A program made the position numbers and the translations under genes. The notes beneath the pieces were generated by a model. The model saw only the letters and a list, made by a program, of their open reading frames with translations. It was not told the origin of the DNA and ran no database searches. A stretch of DNA of 64,000 bases from an uncultured virus (IMG/VR IMGVR_UViG_3300006072_000005) (Duplodnaviria > Heunggongvirae > Uroviricota > Caudoviricetes): the IMG/VR virus record IMGVR_UViG_3300006072_000005; one strand, written 5' to 3'. Below are positions 58,368 through 64,000 of the stretch, one piece after another (the stretch's first letter is position 1; every line of letters starts with the position of its first letter).

Positions 58368-60293
58368 TTAGGCGTGAAGATCTGGATGCAGATCTTTTAA
58401 GGCACGTATTTGTTTATCAGTATTGCTGGCAATTTCAGGCAAATGTGACATAAATGTATTTAACTGTCCTAGCAGTTGTTTGATATCAGTTAAATGAGCA
58501 TCATTGAGTTGATTAACTTGAGCTCCGGCAGTATTACTATTAGTTTTTTGAATATCGCTTGAAATATTCATTGCAGTTCCGGCAACACTATTGATAATAT
58601 TAGAAAATTGGGCTTCGGTGACCACTGCTTCTCGACCGTCTAACTGATGCAGTTCACCGTTAGTATTAAAGTCGTGAAATAGTTCTCCCCACACTCCCAT
58701 AGTTCCAGTTGCATGGGGTTTTACATTTCCAGTTAATTTATCTGAAGCCCAATCGAATGCTGATTTACCATATTTTGCAATAATGTCTGTAGCATTTTCT
58801 AAGCCTTTAACAAATCCAGCAGGCATAGTTTTACCTACAGCATCTGTTATTGCATTAAAAATCTCCTCGGTCTTACGCTGTATGTTGTCAGGGTTAAATG
58901 TATTAGGACTACCGTCCGGTTTTTGTTGATTTAATTTACTCGATATATCATATTTCAAAGCTTCAGAACCTAATTTATTTGCTCCTACTTTTAATAACTC
59001 ACCTAGTAGTATTGTATTCTGTTGATTTAATATCTGTTGTCCACGAAGCATGTCTTTTGATAATTCTTCCTGAGCTTTTCTTTCTTTTTTCTGCTCTTCT
59101 GTTTCATTTTTTCTTTGTTCTTCGTCTTTTTCTACTTTTTTCGTATATGCCTGTATTATAGAAGTTACACTTGCATTTTTGTCTCCGCCTTCTTTTGATC
59201 GTTCGGCACGAATAGCTTCGTTAATGTTTCGATTAGCGGCAGATACTTTTGAAGAAAATTCTCCCACTTGGCTGCCTGCATCTGTGTAAAACTGTTGATA
59301 TCTTACTCTGTCTTGAAATTCTTTAGTTTTTGTTAATTCGTTAATGCCTTGTTCAGCCGCTCTTAAATCGGCTTTTGCTTTTTCTTTGACCGCAGGTTCT
59401 GCATCTGACGCCATGGTCTTAGTATAATTTAATAATGCATCTCTAAATTGAATACCAGGTGCACCTAACACAGCCAGTTGTTCTGATTGTTTTTGTGTTA
59501 AATTACCGTTTTGTGCTACAATCGCTTTGCTAATGTCTCCGACACCAAATGCTTTTAATTCACTTTCCATAGATTCAAAAGCGGCTCTCGCTCCTTCACC
59601 TAATTGATCGTATGCTACTTGTAAGGCCTCATTCTCTCTGGATTTTTGTATTTCTTCCATCTGGGCTTTTCTACTTTCGCCGGTCAGTTCAGCAACTAAA
59701 GATAATTGTTGCCCTAAATCACGTGTTGCTTGAAGAGTCCGATCGATGCCATCAGGACCTAGTCTACCCATTTTAGAATTTAATGCTCCAAATTGTGTAG
59801 CCGATATGGCTAGCAACTCATTGTAACCTTCTGTGTCATATCCTAGATCTCTCAACTGTGTTGCAAAATCGCTCTTAGAAAGATCTTTACTCAATTGAGC
59901 AAATGCTTTTGTACTTTCCTCCATGCCGCCACCGAGTCCAGTAAAGCCAATTTTATTTTTATTGATTACTTTAACAAAGTCTTCTGTAGACAACATAGTT
60001 TGCAAAACTGCAATGTTGAAACCTACAAGATTTTTTGTAAATGTTACGCCGGTATCGGACGCTTGTTGAAAATTTGTTATTAACTGTTCTGATGCTTTTG
60101 CAATAGATTGAAACGCACTTGCTACTAATTTTGCCGAGGTTACTACAGTACCAAACGTTCCACTTAGTAGTCCCATATTACCAATTAAATTTGTAATATT
60201 TCCACTTCCACTTCCAGCTCCAGAGCCAAAAGAGCTTCCGGCACTTTTGAATCCGTCTTTGATTGCGGCAATGATTTCGTCTTTATCTGACAT
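58368..60293 (-). CDS. Tape measure-like / baseplate hub protein
   Basis: 641 aa, helical and Ala/Gln/Lys-rich; late HATGT...LDGREAVVT motif; divergent from gp26. Confidence 0.55.
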   Translation of the reverse strand: MSDKDEIIAAIKDGFKSAGSSFGSGAGSGSGNITNLIGNMGLLSGTFGTVVTSAKLVASAFQSIAKASEQLITNFQQASDTGVTFTKNLVGFNIAVLQTMLSTEDFVKVINKNKIGFTGLGGGMEESTKAFAQLSKDLSKSDFATQLRDLGYDTEGYNELLAISATQFGALNSKMGRLGPDGIDRTLQATRDLGQQLSLVAELTGESRKAQMEEIQKSRENEALQVAYDQLGEGARAAFESMESELKAFGVGDISKAIVAQNGNLTQKQSEQLAVLGAPGIQFRDALLNYTKTMASDAEPAVKEKAKADLRAAEQGINELTKTKEFQDRVRYQQFYTDAGSQVGEFSSKVSAANRNINEAIRAERSKEGGDKNASVTSIIQAYTKKVEKDEEQRKNETEEQKKERKAQEELSKDMLRGQQILNQQNTILLGELLKVGANKLGSEALKYDISSKLNQQKPDGSPNTFNPDNIQRKTEEIFNAITDAVGKTMPAGFVKGLENATDIIAKYGKSAFDWASDKLTGNVKPHATGTMGVWGELFHDFNTNGELHQLDGREAVVTEAQFSNIINSVAGTAMNISSDIQKTNSNTAGAQVNQLNDAHLTDIKQLLGQLNTFMSHLPEIASNTDKQIRALKDLHPDLHA

Positions 60294-60318
60294 AAAAAAA
60301 ATCCTGAAAATATGCGTA

Positions 60319-60342
60319 TATAAATACTGTACACTATATTTA
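60319..60342. promoter_or_regulatory. Crossed late promoters for gp26 (+) and the tape-measure-like gene (-)
   Basis: Plus-strand TATAAATA at 60319-60326 and minus-strand TAAATA at 60337-60342. Confidence 0.65.
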
Positions 60343-60355
60343 TCAGGAGCCTAAA

Positions 60356-61180
60356 ATGGCAGAAAACAACCCTTTACAGCAATACTTTAGACAACCAAAA
60401 ATATTTGTAGATTTACCTTCTAAAGGGATCTATAATAAGCCCGGTTCTTTAAACAAACACAGTAATCTAGCTGTATATGGATTAACCGGCATGGATGAAA
60501 TCATTTTAAAGACACCTGATGCTTTACTGTCAGGCGAAGCAATTACACGAACTGTTAAAAGTTGTTGTCCAGATATTACAGATCCTTATGAATTACCCAG
60601 TATGGATATAGAAATGCTAGTGGTGGCTATTAGAGTAGCAACCTATGGCAATAGTATATCACTGACCCATACATGTAAAAAATGTCAATCAGAAAATGAT
60701 TATGATGCAGATTTAGGAATTATTTTAGAACATTATAAACATGCGTCATTCTCTAACAAAATCAAAGAAGATGAAATTGTTATAAATGTAAGACCGTTAT
60801 CATACAAAGAATCAAACAAATTCAACATAGAAACTTTTAACCTTCAAAGAAGATTATTTCAAATAAACAATGTTCCAGAAGCTGATCAAGAAGGATTCTT
60901 GCGTGAAATATATGAATCGCTTGGAGTAATACAAACAAACATGATGTTTGAAAGCATTGAAAGCATTGAATTACCTGACACTGTGGTAGTTGAAAGAGAA
61001 TTCATTAAAGAATTTGTAGAGAAATGTGACCGAGCTGTTTTTCAATCACTTAAAACACAGTTTGAAAATAATATTAAAAATATGAAGTATCCAGATATTG
61101 ATATAGTTTGCTCTTCTTGCGATACAGCTGACAAAATTTTATTGGAGTTAAATCAGACAAATTTTTTCGTTGGCGCCTAA
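60356..61180 (+). CDS. gp26: Baseplate hub subunit (T4 gp26-like)
   Basis: LPSKG, DEIILKTPDALL, AIRVATYG, two CxxC and NFF near the C-terminus. Confidence 0.8.
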   Translation: MAENNPLQQYFRQPKIFVDLPSKGIYNKPGSLNKHSNLAVYGLTGMDEIILKTPDALLSGEAITRTVKSCCPDITDPYELPSMDIEMLVVAIRVATYGNSISLTHTCKKCQSENDYDADLGIILEHYKHASFSNKIKEDEIVINVRPLSYKESNKFNIETFNLQRRLFQINNVPEADQEGFLREIYESLGVIQTNMMFESIESIELPDTVVVEREFIKEFVEKCDRAVFQSLKTQFENNIKNMKYPDIDIVCSSCDTADKILLELNQTNFFVGA

Positions 61181-61185
61181 CAAAG

Positions 61186-61401
61186 ATGACTAACGAAGAT
61201 ATTAAAGATTATCTTGTTAGGCTAGAAAAAGAAGTTTTAGATTTTAAAGAAGAATTATTTAGAATAAGTTGGTTCATGCGTGGTGGAGTGAATATAAACG
61301 ATTTATTTCACACGTACAGTCATGAAGATATCAAGTTGATTTCAGAAATAATTAAGGGTAATACAGAAGCTACTAAGAATTCAGGCCTGCCACTGATTTA
61401 A
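61186..61401 (+). CDS. Baseplate hub assembly chaperone (T4 gp51-like)
   Basis: 71 aa directly after gp26; ISWFMRGG motif. Confidence 0.6.
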   Translation: MTNEDIKDYLVRLEKEVLDFKEELFRISWFMRGGVNINDLFHTYSHEDIKLISEIIKGNTEATKNSGLPLI

Positions 61402-62282
61402 TTCTTTTGCCAAGGATTTCCGTATTTTTTAGCAAACGCATTGTCTGATGTATAGTTGGCAGGATCATGTAATAGTTTATCCGTGTCAAGACCATTGCCC
61501 GAAGCTGAAGTAGCGTTGATTGATGCATTAGGAGTTGAACTGCCAGCTGTAGTATCTTTACTGTTAGAACTTGTGGCATCTACACCCAATGCTGTGCCAG
61601 CAGTGCCTGCCAAACCGTTAAGTTTGTTTGAAATTTTATCGCCGATATCGCCAGGTCCTAATTTCTTATCGTATCCAGCTTGGCCTTTGCTACTTAAGTC
61701 TTTTAGTTTGCCAGCAAATGTGCCTGGTCCTAAATCCCATAATACTTTTACACCTGGATCGACCAAGTGTAGTACAACATAGGCCACGCATTGTTGACCT
61801 TCTTTGGTAGCTAGCCATTTTTGCAAATACAATGCCGCGGCTTCTTGAGCCAACAATAAAGCAATACTTTCTGGAGCAAGTATGCCCCCGGTAAAAATAC
61901 CAGCGGCAGTTCCAACTACGCCAGTTGCAATTCTACCAACTAAAAATATTCTAAAGAAAAATTGAATAACACGCAGTATAGCACCGCTTGCTATCATAGA
62001 CACCACCATCTTTTCAGCTTCAAGACGCATGGCCACAGGATAGTCTTCTTTTTCTAGCTCTCCAGCTTGAATCATCTTTTCAATGACCATTCTGTGTTGC
62101 ATGAACTGATAGATAAAAGTGGCAAGATTCAAATACTTGATGATTTTTAAATAACCACCAAGAACTTTTTCTGTTTTAAGTGTAACAGCTTTGCCGGAAA
62201 TAGGTGTAGTACTGGCAAATTTATCAATAGCTGCCAATATACTACTGCCAGTTCCTTCTGAGATTATTTCATAAACTTTCAT
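61398..62282 (-). CDS. Hypothetical protein with a capsid-targeting-like N-terminus and hydrophobic segments
   Basis: Starts MKVYEIISE; Gly/Ala hydrophobic stretch IATGVVGTAAGIFTGGILA; TAAATA at 62301-62306. Confidence 0.7.
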   Translation of the reverse strand: MKVYEIISEGTGSSILAAIDKFASTTPISGKAVTLKTEKVLGGYLKIIKYLNLATFIYQFMQHRMVIEKMIQAGELEKEDYPVAMRLEAEKMVVSMIASGAILRVIQFFFRIFLVGRIATGVVGTAAGIFTGGILAPESIALLLAQEAAALYLQKWLATKEGQQCVAYVVLHLVDPGVKVLWDLGPGTFAGKLKDLSSKGQAGYDKKLGPGDIGDKISNKLNGLAGTAGTALGVDATSSNSKDTTAGSSTPNASINATSASGNGLDTDKLLHDPANYTSDNAFAKKYGNPWQKN

Positions 62283-62317
62283 TATTCAATTCCTGTAAGA
62301 TATTTATCAAGTCATTT

Positions 62318-62775
62318 AAGAAGAACTTGCGTTCTTCTATTCTTCGCTTTCGCTCGAACTATTAAGGATTAGTTAACAACACTTATAACGCGAAGCGTTT
62401 AAGATATTATCCAGATCGTTCAGTCACACTTTGCCCTGGCGGGCAAAATGACAAACATTATCCGAGTCGAACATGCTCACTCTTACGTTTTGGCATTACA
62501 GTGGCGGTCATCCGGTACCACGAGCCAAGTCTTTATATGACGGCAGTCTAATAAACAACGTAAAACGTTTATTAAACCCGAGGTTTCTCTCCTCTCTTTT
62601 AGCCTGTAAAATATATTTTCTTGCTGATCAAACGGGTTTATTCATAGGCATATCCCATCCGCGTCCTGTAAAGGATAGTGATCCAGCTACTCTGCGCCAA
62701 GCAGAGATTCCTTGCCGCCACACATCAGAGCGGATTCAGGGCACAATACTATCGCCTGTGCGGGCTTATTTGGCG
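62318..62775 (-). ncRNA. Candidate large structured non-coding RNA or cis element
   Basis: ~460 nt with no credible CDS and many stems (62319-62338, 62423-62452, 62549-62574, 62573-62580/62633-62640, 62690-62706, 62741-62761). Strand is inferred from the flanking genes and a GCAA loop. Confidence 0.45.
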
Positions 62776-63219
62776 TTATTTTGCCTGGTTTTCTTGAAGT
62801 TTGCGAATATGCGAACCATGTACACGCACTTGAATATGACCATTATAATAGTCATTTGATTCTAAAACTCTGCGTGAAAATTGTTCTCTAGCCTCTATAT
62901 AACTGCATTCTGCCTTGCTTCGACAGAGAAACAGTATCTCTCTTGTAAAATTTTCTGTGCCTAATGCCGTAACATCCTTGCTTAATTCTGGGCTTGAACC
63001 ATAATATTCCCGCCAGTCTGAGTCAATTTTGCTACGAATTTTCTTTTTTTTCTTGTTGCCGTTCTTTAATTTTACTGTCTTGTATGTGGTTTTTGAGAAT
63101 TTAGCTAGTTTTTTGCCTATGTACATGCGACCGTTAGTAGTGTTTGTTATGATATAAACAAATCCTATACAGTCTTCTGGTAGTGTTTCTATTGGTTGAG
63201 ATTGATAAGTCCAAGACAT
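62776..63219 (-). CDS. GIY-YIG family endonuclease (nuclease domain only)
   Basis: GFVYIITN...MYIGKK, YYGSS, FTREIL, YIEAREQ and YYN. Confidence 0.85.
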   Translation of the reverse strand: MSWTYQSQPIETLPEDCIGFVYIITNTTNGRMYIGKKLAKFSKTTYKTVKLKNGNKKKKKIRSKIDSDWREYYGSSPELSKDVTALGTENFTREILFLCRSKAECSYIEAREQFSRRVLESNDYYNGHIQVRVHGSHIRKLQENQAK

Positions 63220-63231
63220 TAACTATGTAGT

Positions 63232-63501
63232 TTATTCGGACTCACCCTCCCCTGCCTTTTGATTTGCCTTGCGTTCTGCCTTGTTTTTATCTAACCATAC
63301 GCGATACTGTTGCACATGTTCCCTGCGTTCCCGGGCAATAATGCGTATTTGTGCCAGCCAGTATCGCATGTTTTCCCCAGCACGACGAGTCCCACGAGCT
63401 TGCCATTTTTGATTTTCTTTAAAGTATTCCTTAAAAGCATGCATCAAACGCTCATGTGACTCTTCATTTTGATAGGGACTGGGTTCTACGTGTCTACTCA
63501 T
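63232..63501 (-). CDS. Small basic protein, possibly a histone H1-like (Hc1-type) DNA-binding protein
   Basis: 89 aa; KWQARGTRRAGENMRYWLAQIRIIARERR helical hairpin. The CDS is clear but the function is tentative. Confidence 0.55.
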   Translation of the reverse strand: MSRHVEPSPYQNEESHERLMHAFKEYFKENQKWQARGTRRAGENMRYWLAQIRIIARERREHVQQYRVWLDKNKAERKANQKAGEGESE

Positions 63502-64000
63502 GTATCTCTAAATCGTTTGCATAGCTGGTAAAACCGTTTTCTTTGATAACTCTCAGTACATTGTTTACACGGCCTATCAGCTCTTCCTTGTGACTGATCA
63601 AGAATATGTTTTTCTTGCGTTCACGACCCATCTTTTTCAGTATGCCCAGGGCACCTTCTACTCCTGAAGGATCTAGTCCGTTGTCTATGAGCTCGTCAAC
63701 AAACAGCAAATTAATACTTTGATATAGACTTTCCCATACATCACGGAAAGCCCACGACAAGCCCAGTATGAGTCTATTGCGTTCGCCTCGACTTAGATTA
63801 TCAAAATCTAAATCTTGCCCCAGCTGTGTGATTAAGACCGTCAAGTCGTTTTGGAATGTAACTGTGTGTGGTAACCCCAGCTTGTCCAAGTAATAGGTCA
63901 AGCGATTGTTTAAGTATGCTAGGTTTTGATCTATAATCTTTTTGCGAATAAATGAATCTTTTGATGTCAGCAATTTCAACAAGAACTCTTGATGATCCTT
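63494..64000 (-). CDS. gp46: Recombination endonuclease ATPase subunit (T4 gp46 / SbcC-Rad50), 3' part only
   Basis: ABC signature LSRGE, Walker B LLFVDE and ISH H-loop; frame open to the window end. Confidence 0.92.
   Translation of the reverse strand, partial: KDHQEFLLKLLTSKDSFIRKKIIDQNLAYLNNRLTYYLDKLGLPHTVTFQNDLTVLITQLGQDLDFDNLSRGERNRLILGLSWAFRDVWESLYQSINLLFVDELIDNGLDPSGVEGALGILKKMGRERKKNIFLISHKEELIGRVNNVLRVIKENGFTSYANDLEIHE

Noticed and set aside
62401..62412. AAGATATTATCC resembling a group I intron S element
   Set aside because: I found no matching R/P7 partner and no interrupted host gene; a covariance-model search is needed to exclude it fully.
62473..62859. 128-aa plus-strand ORF
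   Set aside because: No SD or recognizable motif, antisense overlap with the GIY-YIG gene, and the region is better explained as structured non-coding sequence. Not fully excluded.
1..64000. Alternative genetic code (stop-codon reassignment), tRNA genes, integrase or IS elements
   Set aside because: Core genes are intact and densely packed under the standard code; I recognized no cloverleaf, transposase or recombinase motifs by eye.

Overview
This window is the virion-morphogenesis region of a large, AT-rich T4-like myophage, and most genes lie on the minus strand. The head module has portal gp20, an acidic core protein, protease gp21, scaffold gp22 and major capsid gp23. Neck and tail genes include gp13, gp14, gp15, sheath gp18, tube gp19, a gp54-like protein, gp4, gp26, gp51 and a tape-measure-like protein. 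About 34 kb encodes Thr/Ser/Gly-rich fibre or appendage proteins, two of them giant paralogues (4890 and 2845 aa). A dNMP kinase, a NUDIX hydrolase, a GIY-YIG nuclease and the 3' end of gp46 are also present. The most notable feature is a tightly coupled cluster directly behind a tail fibre that carries an S74 chaperone. It runs: a 133-aa protein with a Cys-free N-terminal half and a 72-aa core of 21 Cys (19 Asn-Cys pairs), then a radical SAM/SPASM enzyme, a 331-aa unknown protein and a divergent Trp-halogenase-family flavoenzyme. This looks like a RiPP-like maturation system that may chemically modify a tail-fibre tip protein (inference). Other observations are a ~460-nt structured non-coding region behind the GIY-YIG gene, two structured late 5' leaders, apparently leaderless late mRNAs and T4-type capsid-targeting N-termini. 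All calls come from motif recognition by eye, with no database searches. I saw no tRNA, rRNA or CRISPR array, and the host cannot be determined.
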